From Thermoplasmatota archaeon (GTDB lineage: Archaea > Thermoplasmatota > E2 > JACPAO01 > JAHFTW01): a stretch of 64,000 bases of DNA. Made by a program: the position numbers and the translations under genes. Below are positions 48,914 to 57,654 of this stretch, piece by piece. The first letter of the stretch is position 1, and the number at the start of each line of letters is the position of its first letter. The stretch lies in assembly GCA_041601615.1 (NCBI GenBank), contig JBFIHX010000003.1, positions 128,001-192,000 of the forward strand, given 5' to 3'. The notes beneath the pieces were generated by a model. It saw only the letters and a list, made by a program, of their open reading frames with translations. It did not search any database and was not told the origin of the DNA.

Positions 48914-49126
48914 ATGCGCATTCTGCTGCTACTGATGCTCGCACTTCTTCTGCTCGCTCCGTCCGCCCCCGCCATACACAACTGCGTCCAAGCCGGAACC
49001 GATAGCTACTCCGGAGTCTACGCAGGCTGCGACGGCGACTGGTGCGCAGTCAAAGCGGGCACCGACTTCTACGGCGTATACGTTCAAACCACCGACTACC
49101 GCCAGGAATGCCCGGCGAACCCGTAA
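48914..49126 (+). CDS. Small secreted 4-Cys peptide with internal repeat
   Basis: Signal peptide; CVQAGTDSYSGVY / CAVKAGTDFYGVY. Confidence 0.7.
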   Translation: MRILLLLMLALLLLAPSAPAIHNCVQAGTDSYSGVYAGCDGDWCAVKAGTDFYGVYVQTTDYRQECPANP

Positions 49127-49132
49127 GATCCG

Positions 49133-50332
49133 TCAAGCATTGGCCGCGATGCGCACCACATCGCCCGCCTTCAACTCATAATCGGCGCCGATGGTGCGGC
49201 GCGTGCGGCAGTCCACGCCACGAATGAAGTGGTCGCCAAGGTCCGTGTGGACTCGGTACGCCAGTTGCTTCGCCGTGGTGCCTTTGCGAACAAGATGGCA
49301 GTCGGGCAACACCCGGCCGTCCTTGTCCGTAAAATGATGGTCGTCCTCCACGGGATACACTGGGATAAGGCCCAGGTGCCCCAGGACGGCGGCTTCGAGC
49401 GCTGCGTGCACACCCGTCGTGCCAAAGCGGTCCAGCACATGGCTTTGGATGTACTCCATGCCCTTCTTCTGGGCCGGGTTCAGGTCGATTTTGGTCACGA
49501 ACCCATCGCTGCCAGGAACATACTCGAACGCGCCCGCCTGCGCGCCTTTTTGCAACGCAAGTTCGCTCTGCGCACTGACTCGAACACTTGGGATGCTGCG
49601 CTCGGCAAGATGGGCTTCGATGCGCTTGAGTTGCTCCTCCGTGGCAAGATCCGCCTTGTTCAATGCAACCACAATCGGCTTGCTGACACGACGCACCGCC
49701 TTGGCCAACTCCCTGCGCGACTCGACCGTGATGAGTGTAGGAAGCACACCAATCAGGTTTGTATGGCGAAGCGCCGCGTGCGCCATGGGTGCAGTGATCC
49801 CGATGCCAGCAAGCCGCTCTTCGAGGGCAATCTCCATCTTGCGCCCCTCCTGTTGGACCCGGCGCGTCAGTTTCTCCCAGCCATCGGCAAGAATGCCATC
49901 AATCCAGTGATCGATCTCAGCCTCTAGAAACGCAATGTCACCAATCGGGTCGTGGCTGGAAGCCTGGAGCGGATTGCCCTCCTCGTCGGTGCGGCCAGAA
50001 GCATCCACCACATGCACCAAAGCATCCGCCTCGGCAAGATTGCTCAGGAATCGGTTGCCAAGCCCCCGGCCCTCGTGCGCGCCCGGCACAAGCCCCGCCA
50101 CATCCACCAACTCGACGGGGACATACCGCGTTGCGCCGACCACCTTCCCAGACCTCGGCGTAGACGCAACACCCAGCTCCGGCCCAGGGTCCGCCACGCG
50201 AACATAACCGACCCCACGATTGGCATCAATGGTCGTGAACGGATAGTCGCCGATCTCCGCGTCCGCCAGACTCGACGCCGCATAGAACGTAGACTTGCCC
50301 ACATTCGGCTTTCCCACCAGACCGACCTTCAC
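49133..50332 (-). CDS. ychF: Obg-family ATPase/GTPase YchF (archaeal type) with TGS domain
   Basis: GKPNVGKST, YPFTTI, DVAGLVPGAHEGRGLGN.FL, NKAD, TGS VHTD. Confidence 0.93.
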   Translation of the reverse strand: MKVGLVGKPNVGKSTFYAASSLADAEIGDYPFTTIDANRGVGYVRVADPGPELGVASTPRSGKVVGATRYVPVELVDVAGLVPGAHEGRGLGNRFLSNLAEADALVHVVDASGRTDEEGNPLQASSHDPIGDIAFLEAEIDHWIDGILADGWEKLTRRVQQEGRKMEIALEERLAGIGITAPMAHAALRHTNLIGVLPTLITVESRRELAKAVRRVSKPIVVALNKADLATEEQLKRIEAHLAERSIPSVRVSAQSELALQKGAQAGAFEYVPGSDGFVTKIDLNPAQKKGMEYIQSHVLDRFGTTGVHAALEAAVLGHLGLIPVYPVEDDHHFTDKDGRVLPDCHLVRKGTTAKQLAYRVHTDLGDHFIRGVDCRTRRTIGADYELKAGDVVRIAANA

Positions 50333-50415
50333 GCACCGCGCACAGAGCCCGAGTTGAAAGCGGCGCCGGGCAAGCGCCCACAACCCTTATCGGCCATCAG
50401 GAGTCGAGAGACACA

Positions 50416-52608
50416 ATGACACGGTCGGCGCTCGTCGTACTCGTAATCTTGCTGCTCCCCTCCACCCTCGTGGTCCCCGCAGGCGCAGCCGAAGTCCGAG
50501 CCAGCCTATTCACGGACGCCACCGGAGACGTGCAAATCCAAAGCGCCGACGGCGGCGTCTCCCAAGCCGACCCCATGTCCAGCGACAACCTCGACCTCGT
50601 AGGCGGAGGAATCTGGGCCGAAACCGACACCACCGTGACCTTCTTCGTGCACCTTGCAGGCCTCTCCGAAAACAGCCAAGGCGCCCCCTTCACCGACCCC
50701 GACTACACCCTCGACTTCCGCTACCACGGCCAAGGCTACCGCATCAGCATCGTAACCGCCCTCGGCAACCCCATCAACGACGCCTTCGGACGCGACACCA
50801 CCCAAGGCTGGCTGCAAAAAGAAGTCGGCCCCGGCCGCTACCAGAGCGTCGTCGACGCCGAAACCGAACTGGACTTCTCCGAAAACGTCGCCCGCGCCAC
50901 CGTGCCCCGCGACGCCATCGTAGACGAAAACCAAGCCCCCCTTGCCCGCAACGCCACCCTCACCGACGTGCGCGCCACCGCAAGCGCCCTCGGCTTCTTC
51001 GGATTCCCCGTATCCCTCGACGGCAGCGGCTCCGGCCCACGCGTCGGCGCCCCACGGTTCTTTGATCAAGCCCCCGACACAGGCCTCGGCGGCACCTACA
51101 CCATGACCACCGGACAAGTGCGCCAACGCGGCGCCCTGTTTGCCGTTAGCGACGACCCCGTACGCTGGACCAACGGAGAAGCCACCACCCTCACCTTCAC
51201 CGCCCGCCTCACCAACACCGCCAGCAAAGACATGCCCGTCCACGTCACCACCAGCAACGTCGACCCTTCCTGGCAAATCGCCTTCAGCGACGCCCTCACC
51301 GTCGGCGCAGGCCGCAGCATCAACGCAACTCTTCTCGTCACCATCCCCTTTGTGCACCAACACGGAATCCTGCGCCAATTCAACGCCGAATTCACCTCCA
51401 CCGACGGGCAAAGCCTCGCCGCCGTCCCCCTCGGCATCTACTGGGCCGAAGTACCCCAACCCGCCGGCCACCACGACACCGTCTGGTTCCACGGCCTCAC
51501 CCAAGAAGTCACCCCGCCCTTCAACGCCGTCTTCGGCGGCACCCACGGATGGTTCAGCGCCAAAGAAGAAGTAGACGGAGACGAACGCAAACCGATCCCC
51601 GCCAACTTCGCCATGGTGCCCAGCCCCGCCACCAACAACCGCGGCATCGCCTTCTGGAGCTTCAGCCTCGAACCATCCCTACGCATGGGCCTCGACTTCC
51701 TCCTCGACGAACAAGGAGCCGCCGACATCACTCTCGACCTCGCGACCCCCGCCCTCGACCCCAGCATCAAAGTCCAAGTCTACTACCTCGAGCAACGCGC
51801 CCTCGACACCGGCGACAACCGGCCCGGACAACGCAACACCATCACTGAACGCACCCTCCTAGCCGAAGGCGTCAGCGAAGTCAAAAGCGGCACCATCAGC
51901 GGCCCCCAACTCTTCGAAGTGCCCATCCAAGCACTCGCCGAAGCCGAAATCATCCCCTACGGCGGCGACGGCAACCTGTACATCCAAGTGCTCCTCGACA
52001 GCACCTTCCTTCTCGGCACCGGCTTCGTCGCCAACGACGCCACCGCACCCAGCCTCGATCCACTCGCCTCCCGCGTGCGCCTCCCCCTCGAAGAATACCA
52101 CGACCCCGTCGACCTAAGCTTCCAAACCGACGGCAGCCTCAGCATCAAAGCCGGCCCCGACGGCCAAGACCGCCTCATCAACCCCGGCCGAACCATCGTC
52201 TACACCTTCGACCTCACCTACGCAGGCGCCTCCCCCGCCACCTTCCAAGCCCAACTCAGCGGCGCCAACGTCCAATGGGCCACCATCCTCGGCGACAAAC
52301 AGTTTGACCTAGCCCCCGGCGCCCAACGCAGCCTCGCCGTCTCCGTCCACGCCCCAGACGACGCCCGCGAAGGAGACGCAAGCGACCTAACCCTACGCGT
52401 CACCAACACCGCAAACGCAGCCATCCAAGCCGGCATCAACCTACGCACCCTCGTCACCACCAGCCAAGACATCCCAGACGAAGCCGGACGCGGCAGCGAA
52501 CTCGACGGCGAACTCAGCCAAAGCAAAGAAAGCCCCGGCCCCGGCCTTGTCCTGCTCCTCGCCGCCGTTGCTGCCCTGGCCATCGCCCAGCGCCGACGCC
52601 GCAACTAA
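50416..52608 (+). CDS. Surface protein, His-motif family copy 3 with an extra Ig-like domain and ESPG-TM-RRR tail
   Basis: DATGDV, RWTNGEAT, PFVHQHG, QPAGHH..WFH, LEPSL.MG, LPLEEYHD, ESPG+TM+RRRR. Confidence 0.82.
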   Translation: MTRSALVVLVILLLPSTLVVPAGAAEVRASLFTDATGDVQIQSADGGVSQADPMSSDNLDLVGGGIWAETDTTVTFFVHLAGLSENSQGAPFTDPDYTLDFRYHGQGYRISIVTALGNPINDAFGRDTTQGWLQKEVGPGRYQSVVDAETELDFSENVARATVPRDAIVDENQAPLARNATLTDVRATASALGFFGFPVSLDGSGSGPRVGAPRFFDQAPDTGLGGTYTMTTGQVRQRGALFAVSDDPVRWTNGEATTLTFTARLTNTASKDMPVHVTTSNVDPSWQIAFSDALTVGAGRSINATLLVTIPFVHQHGILRQFNAEFTSTDGQSLAAVPLGIYWAEVPQPAGHHDTVWFHGLTQEVTPPFNAVFGGTHGWFSAKEEVDGDERKPIPANFAMVPSPATNNRGIAFWSFSLEPSLRMGLDFLLDEQGAADITLDLATPALDPSIKVQVYYLEQRALDTGDNRPGQRNTITERTLLAEGVSEVKSGTISGPQLFEVPIQALAEAEIIPYGGDGNLYIQVLLDSTFLLGTGFVANDATAPSLDPLASRVRLPLEEYHDPVDLSFQTDGSLSIKAGPDGQDRLINPGRTIVYTFDLTYAGASPATFQAQLSGANVQWATILGDKQFDLAPGAQRSLAVSVHAPDDAREGDASDLTLRVTNTANAAIQAGINLRTLVTTSQDIPDEAGRGSELDGELSQSKESPGPGLVLLLAAVAALAIAQRRRRN

Positions 52609-52684
52609 ACAAGCCAACAGCGGACACGGCCGCGGCACAAAAACGGCAAGAAACGCCGACCGTTCCTCGATTCGGAGACCCTAA

Positions 52685-53215
52685 TCAAGCCACGTCGATG
52701 CCTTCCGGCATCGCCGGGCTCGGATCCAACAACTCCGTCAGACCCTCGTCCGCAAAGTAGCGATTCGTTTGCAAGCCCTTCTGCTCCGCAACCAACCCCG
52801 CATCCACAAGGGGCGCAATGCTGGCACGGAACGTCTTACGAGAAACACTCACCGCAGTACAGACATCCACCTGACGACTGCCCGGGTGATCTTGGATGAA
52901 GCGAGCAATCTCCTGGCGGCGACCCTGATTCAAGACACCCATAATCTGGGCCCGCTCAGGATCAATGCCGCCCACGAAAAAGCGGCGCTCGCGGCCCGCA
53001 GAAACCGCCGTCACAAGGTCGCCCTTGTCAAGTAGCGCAAGGTGGTACTGCACCGTACCCCAAGCTTCCCCGGACTCCCTGCACAAAGCACTGGCATGGA
53101 TTCCAGGCCGAAGCTGGATCAAATCTAGGATACGACGGCGCACCGGCTGGGCAAGCAGTGCATCAGGGTCCGCGTCATGAACCCGAGCAAACAGCATCAA
53201 CAGTGCCTCGAACAT
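52685..53215 (-). CDS. Tandem winged helix-turn-helix regulator, COG3398-like (module copy 3, gene C)
   Basis: RRRILDLI..RPGI...GTVQYHL..L; second unit I..HPG...LVDAGLV..RYF. Confidence 0.87.
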   Translation of the reverse strand: MFEALLMLFARVHDADPDALLAQPVRRRILDLIQLRPGIHASALCRESGEAWGTVQYHLALLDKGDLVTAVSAGRERRFFVGGIDPERAQIMGVLNQGRRQEIARFIQDHPGSRQVDVCTAVSVSRKTFRASIAPLVDAGLVAEQKGLQTNRYFADEGLTELLDPSPAMPEGIDVA

Positions 53216-53236
53216 CCGGGGCTCCCATCCACCTTC

Positions 53237-54754
53237 TCAGGTATAACCGTGTGCGTCGCTCTCTAGAGCTTGCGCCATGGAAGGGGCCGGAGCGACGTAT
53301 CCAGGAACCTGGTCTGCCAACGCGGGCGTGCGCTTCACGGCCTCCGCAAGGGCCGACTGGGCCCGGTTGTTCTTGCCCATGTCGCGGTACGCAAGGCCCA
53401 GGACATAGTGCAGGGTGCCATCGGAAGGGTCGTTGCCGTTGAGGTACGACTCAAGATTGCGAACGACACGCTCAGGCTGCCCCGTGCGAGAGAGGGCAAT
53501 GGCGCGACCCAGATGTGCGCTCTCGCGCTTCGGGTCCTCGCGTAGAATTCGAGTAGCAAGCCGAGCAGCACGCGTGAACGCACCTGCCTCCAGCGCCTGC
53601 TCCATGTACTCCAAGGGAGGAGCCACGTCGCGGCGTGAACGGATGATGAATGCGATGGCCGCCCCAAGAACGAGGAGAGTCACGATCGGCCAAGCCACGA
53701 ATCCCGCGGGCTTGTACCAGGAAGAAGATTGTCCGAATCCCTCGTTGGAGCTGCTGGAGAAATCCATGCCCAAGCGGTGGGAATCGTCCGGAACGAGCGT
53801 GCCCGAGTACCCCTCAGTAAAGAGGAGTTCAGACTCGTGCGAGCCATCCACTCCATCGTACGAAATTCGACCGTTGTCGCCGTTCACTTCGACGTCCTCG
53901 GATACCCATTGAACGATGTGGTTGATGCCGCTGAGTCGAATGCGGAGATCGCCGTCCGTGACAATCAGTCGAAGGTGCGATTCGCGGCCCTGCGTGACTC
54001 CACCAACGAGTTCTGTGTGGGTCAAGCCCGTATCGTAGGAGTTGGGCGCCGTGTCATCGGAGTCCAAGTTCACCGTGGGGCCCAAAATCTCGAGAATGAA
54101 ATCGCCGAGAATGCGAGCATCCACGACGCCGCCGATGGTCTCCGTGAGCACCGTGGGCTCCGTAATGGAGCGGCGCAAGAAGGTTCGCGTATCTCCGGTG
54201 GACGCCGAGTCTTGATCAACAGAGTTCGGGTCGCGCTCCACGAGTCCTTCCGAGGTGGAAAGGAACTGCGCTTGCGGAAGGGAAGAGTAGTTGCTGACGC
54301 CGCGCACCATGCTGTGGATGGTGCCGCCTTCGCCATTGCGGCTGATGCGCACATCAAAGGATGGCGACGAGCCCTTGGATTGGAGTGTGATGCTGTTCAG
54401 TGGATTTGCTTCGCTAGCGATGGACTCTGAAGGGTCAAGTGGCGTTTGTTCCGGGAGATTTGCCTCCACGGGACCAAGCGTTCCGTTTGCAGATCGCAAG
54501 TAGGTCCGCTCGAGGTAGTGACCCCAACCGCTTGCGGCGGAGAGCTCCAAAAGAGGCGCGCCGTAGCCGTCCTCCGCTGCGATACGGAACAAGCCAAGAT
54601 CTCCTTTCTGCTTCATGACTCCGTGATGCTGCATGGCAGTGGCATCCTCCGAGAGAATGTCAATTGCCTTGGCTGCGTCTACGGAAGGTGCTGCCATAAG
54701 AAGCACCGTGAGAAGAACGGTGGTGCGGATGACAGGGTTTCCTTGACGTAGCAT
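53237..54754 (-). CDS. Single-pass membrane protein: extracellular beta domain + TM + TPR (module copy 3, gene B)
   Basis: Signal peptide; ILGDFILEI..YDTG..RESHLRLIVTDGDL; TM; clear TPR AHLGRAIAL..G, LHYVLGLAY..MG..A..AL..A; ends GYT. Confidence 0.82.
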   Translation of the reverse strand: MLRQGNPVIRTTVLLTVLLMAAPSVDAAKAIDILSEDATAMQHHGVMKQKGDLGLFRIAAEDGYGAPLLELSAASGWGHYLERTYLRSANGTLGPVEANLPEQTPLDPSESIASEANPLNSITLQSKGSSPSFDVRISRNGEGGTIHSMVRGVSNYSSLPQAQFLSTSEGLVERDPNSVDQDSASTGDTRTFLRRSITEPTVLTETIGGVVDARILGDFILEILGPTVNLDSDDTAPNSYDTGLTHTELVGGVTQGRESHLRLIVTDGDLRIRLSGINHIVQWVSEDVEVNGDNGRISYDGVDGSHESELLFTEGYSGTLVPDDSHRLGMDFSSSSNEGFGQSSSWYKPAGFVAWPIVTLLVLGAAIAFIIRSRRDVAPPLEYMEQALEAGAFTRAARLATRILREDPKRESAHLGRAIALSRTGQPERVVRNLESYLNGNDPSDGTLHYVLGLAYRDMGKNNRAQSALAEAVKRTPALADQVPGYVAPAPSMAQALESDAHGYT

Positions 54755-54759
54755 ACGAA

Positions 54760-55248
54760 TCAGTAGGTTTGGATGTAGATCCGGCTGGGTTTGTTCTGCT
54801 TGAATACTTGGGCGAAACCATCGAGGTCGGTCTCCGGTACAAGGGACCAAATCGTTTCAAGGTTCACGCAAGCGTCCAGATTGTAGACGACAAGGTCCGC
54901 GATGATGCTCGGGACCAACGCTACAGGACTGTAGTAGGTCACGGCCGAGAGGACCGAGTAGATGTTTGCGAGATTCAAGGTGATGCAGGTCGGTTCCTTG
55001 TTGCTGGAATCGTCGTATGCTTCGGGGTTGTTCGTGAGAATCTGAACGTCCCCGACTTGGACCATGGTTGCACCAGACATGCATGGTCCAAACTCGGTAC
55101 AATCGTCCGTGAAGAGGTCCACATCAATGAAGATGGGTTGGAGGTCCACTCGGAGCTCTGTTAGCTCCATGGGCTCCGCCTGGACGGGGGCCGCCACAGC
55201 CAAGAGCATGAGTGGTATGAGCGCGTTTCTGACACCGATTCGGGACAT
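54760..55248 (-). CDS. Small secreted 4-Cys protein (module copy 3, gene A)
   Basis: Signal peptide ending VQA; CTEFGPC and CITL...VVYNLDACV; GGTGG SD. Confidence 0.75.
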   Translation of the reverse strand: MSRIGVRNALIPLMLLAVAAPVQAEPMELTELRVDLQPIFIDVDLFTDDCTEFGPCMSGATMVQVGDVQILTNNPEAYDDSSNKEPTCITLNLANIYSVLSAVTYYSPVALVPSIIADLVVYNLDACVNLETIWSLVPETDLDGFAQVFKQNKPSRIYIQTY

Positions 55249-55336
55249 GGAATCCACCTGAACAAACCGTCGATGGATGCGGCCGGGTAAAAGTGTTCGC
55301 GACGTATCCGCGGTATCTAGTGATATTTGGCTCATC

Positions 55337-55369
55337 TATCGGCCCAAAAGCACCATATCGGCCCTAAAG
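55337..55369. promoter_or_regulatory. 14-bp direct repeat upstream of module copy 3
   Basis: TATCGGCCCAAAAG (55337-55350) and TATCGGCCCTAAAG (55356-55369). Confidence 0.45.
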
Positions 55370-55789
55370 AACTGGATAATGCAGAACCTCCCCGTCTGCT
55401 TTATGCCATTGACAGTCATGGAGGCGCTGTAAGGCCGTGTGCTTGGCGCCGTTCTGGTGCTAGGCAGTACACGACAACCACCCACCACCACCAATCGCTT
55501 TGAACTTTCAAAGCGCACCATCGCGGCCTTACGTTCCGGGGCGGGGGCTTGCCTCCGTCCCGGGGCCCAAACTTTGTGATTGCCTTCGTGCAAATGTTGG
55601 CGTTTTGACCTCATGCGCGCTTAGACGCGAGCTGGGTGGATGCTCCGCTGGTTGCTCGTGGTGCGGCGCGACTTGTGGCGCGGGCAGGGTCCCGTCGAGG
55701 ACGGAATGAGAAAACAAAGGTAGAGGGAAGGGAAAGGACGGCGCAGCGCGCCGGATACGAAATCGGAAAGCGAAATCCGAGCAGTGCGC

Positions 55790-56428
55790 CTATTGGCGTC
55801 GCTTCTCGGCTTGCTTTTCCTTCTTCCAGATCAGCTTGTCCTTCTGGCGGCGACCGGACTTGGCAACCGAAGGACGCAGGTGCTCGGCACCCTTACCCTT
55901 GTTGCCAACAAGGCCACGGTGCTTCTTACCGGCGCTGGTCTTGCCGCGCAGCACACGGTTGGTGGCCGGGCGGGTGCAGATCCAGGACAGGTCCTTGTCG
56001 GCACGGATGCTGGGGTGGAAGGGGTCGACGAGGATGACCTCGTAGTAGTGGTGCTTACCGTCGGCACCGACCCAGTAGGAGTTGAGAACTTCCAGGTTCG
56101 GGAAGTGCTTGCTGGTGCGCACTTCGGCGATCGCCTGGGTGTTCTGCTTCATAGTGATCTTCTTGACACCCATCTTGCTGGGCACACGACCACCGTCGAA
56201 GCGCTTCTTGCGCAGACCACCGCGGCGAACGCGGGCGCGCACGACGATGACGCCCTGCTTGGCCTTGTAGCCGAGGTTGCGGGCGCGGTCGAGGCGCAGG
56301 GGCTTGTCGACGCGAACGAAGGATTCACCCTCACGCCACTCAATCAGACGGTGCCACTGGGGGCTGTCGTGACTGGTGTCAGGTTGTTTCCAAGCTTCTC
56401 CGATGTAAGAATATGCACTCTTGCTCAT
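55790..56428 (-). CDS. rpl15e: 50S ribosomal protein L15e
   Basis: SAYSYI.EAW, WR, P.RLDRAR.LGYKAKQG, RVRRGG, NLEVLNSYWVG.DG, EVILVDP, RG.TSAG. Confidence 0.97.
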   Translation of the reverse strand: MSKSAYSYIGEAWKQPDTSHDSPQWHRLIEWREGESFVRVDKPLRLDRARNLGYKAKQGVIVVRARVRRGGLRKKRFDGGRVPSKMGVKKITMKQNTQAIAEVRTSKHFPNLEVLNSYWVGADGKHHYYEVILVDPFHPSIRADKDLSWICTRPATNRVLRGKTSAGKKHRGLVGNKGKGAEHLRPSVAKSGRRQKDKLIWKKEKQAEKRRQ

Positions 56429-56510
56429 ACGCGATTCACCTCGCGGATTTCCCGGTTCACCCTATGCTCTATGGCGGCGGGCACATTCCAGGACAGCCTA
56501 AGCTGCAAGT
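56429..56510 (-). ncRNA. Putative eL15 ribosomal-protein leader (cis-regulatory RNA)
   Basis: 5' UTR contains GGAAUGUG ... GUGAACC before the GAGGUGA SD, resembling the eL15-Euryarchaeota leader as recalled; not verified by covariance search. Confidence 0.5.
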
Positions 56511-56636
56511 CTCGCCGACAAAGGTATGCTATAAGAAGATGTTCCGGGCGCAGCGGAGGATTGGGGGAGGCGGGGGCAAAGGGGGTGGGTGAAGGGAAAG
56601 GGTGAGGGGGGGGGCGGACGGCGGATGAGCGTTCTG

Positions 56637-56864
56637 CTAGGCTCGGACGATTTTCGAAGCGAAACTGGCCGCCTTGCTGCCGGCTGCAAGATCCACGGTG
56701 TGTTCCTTGTATGTGAGGCTGAGCAGGGTGCCGCGCGCTTCGGCGCCGAGCTGCGAGAACGGCACGGTGGCTTTGATGGCGCCTCGAAACACCACGGCGT
56801 CGGCCTGGATGTCGGCTTTCATTTTGGCGCCCGTGCCGCGTAGGATGCCGGTGAGTTCGACCAT
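56637..56864 (-). CDS. Small hypothetical protein
   Basis: 75-aa ATG ORF, globular composition, same strand as and just downstream of the SRPBCC gene. Confidence 0.55.
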   Translation of the reverse strand: MVELTGILRGTGAKMKADIQADAVVFRGAIKATVPFSQLGAEARGTLLSLTYKEHTVDLAAGSKAASFASKIVRA

Positions 56865-56916
56865 GCAGCGGCGAGGCTGCGGCCGTTATGAGAGGTTTCT
56901 GTGGATTGGCCGGGGT

Positions 56917-57318
56917 TCAGCCGTTGGCGAGCAGTGCTGCGAGTTTGTCGAAGCCGGCGCCCCATGCGCCGCGCATGTGGTCGTGCGAGTCGGCGGGGAC
57001 TCCGTCCATGCCGAGCACCATGCGGGTGCCGGTTTCGGTGGGTTCGAGCAGCGTTTCGATGAGAAATTGCTTGTCGGGGGTACCCTGAACCAATCGGCGG
57101 GGCGCGTCGATGGCGTGGAAGATGCCTTCGTCGATGTGGTCGCCGTTGGGGCCGACCATGACGCGGCGGTAGGCTCCACCTTGGCGTAAGTCTAAGGATT
57201 CCACGCGGCAGTCGTTGGGGCCGGGACTGTACCACTTGGAAAGGAGGGCTGGTTCGGTCCATGCGGCCCAAACGCGGTCGATGGGGGCTGCAAATTCGCG
57301 TTCCATGCTGAAATCCAT
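56917..57318 (-). CDS. SRPBCC/AHSA1-like domain protein
   Basis: REFAAP..RVW.AWTEP..L.KW, DLR.GG, P.RLV, GT.M, W...DKL..LL. Confidence 0.88.
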   Translation of the reverse strand: MDFSMEREFAAPIDRVWAAWTEPALLSKWYSPGPNDCRVESLDLRQGGAYRRVMVGPNGDHIDEGIFHAIDAPRRLVQGTPDKQFLIETLLEPTETGTRMVLGMDGVPADSHDHMRGAWGAGFDKLAALLANG

Positions 57319-57654
57319 GCTGCGGCGACGTCGGGAGTTGGCTATGGTCCTGTTGTACGAGGTCGGCGAAAGCACGTGTCTTGATTCCCGGGTCATTGAC
57401 TCATGGATGCCTGCCAAATCAAAGAAAGATTGGGGTGGAGTAATTCAATTTCCCTTGTGAAAAAGTGTCACATTGTCCCGCGATTTGCTTCTATTTGGCG
57501 CCGACATGAGGAGGGGGCTACGGGCAAAATCGATTTAGAAAATATACACGGCCCCAACCAGGGGGGTGTAAAATGACAGCACTTAGAGTCAAAATGAGTG
57601 CAAACCCTGAACCAGCGGGATAGATACTATTTATGAGATAATTCTGGGCCGTTT

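Noticed and set aside
55500-55789. tRNA or other structured RNA downstream of rpl15e
   Set aside because: No cloverleaf or T-loop consensus; short hairpins and a pyrimidine tract on the minus strand fit a terminator
57456-57472. Bacterial CRP site
   Set aside because: Spacer is 7 rather than 6 nt and the host appears archaeal; kept only as a generic palindrome
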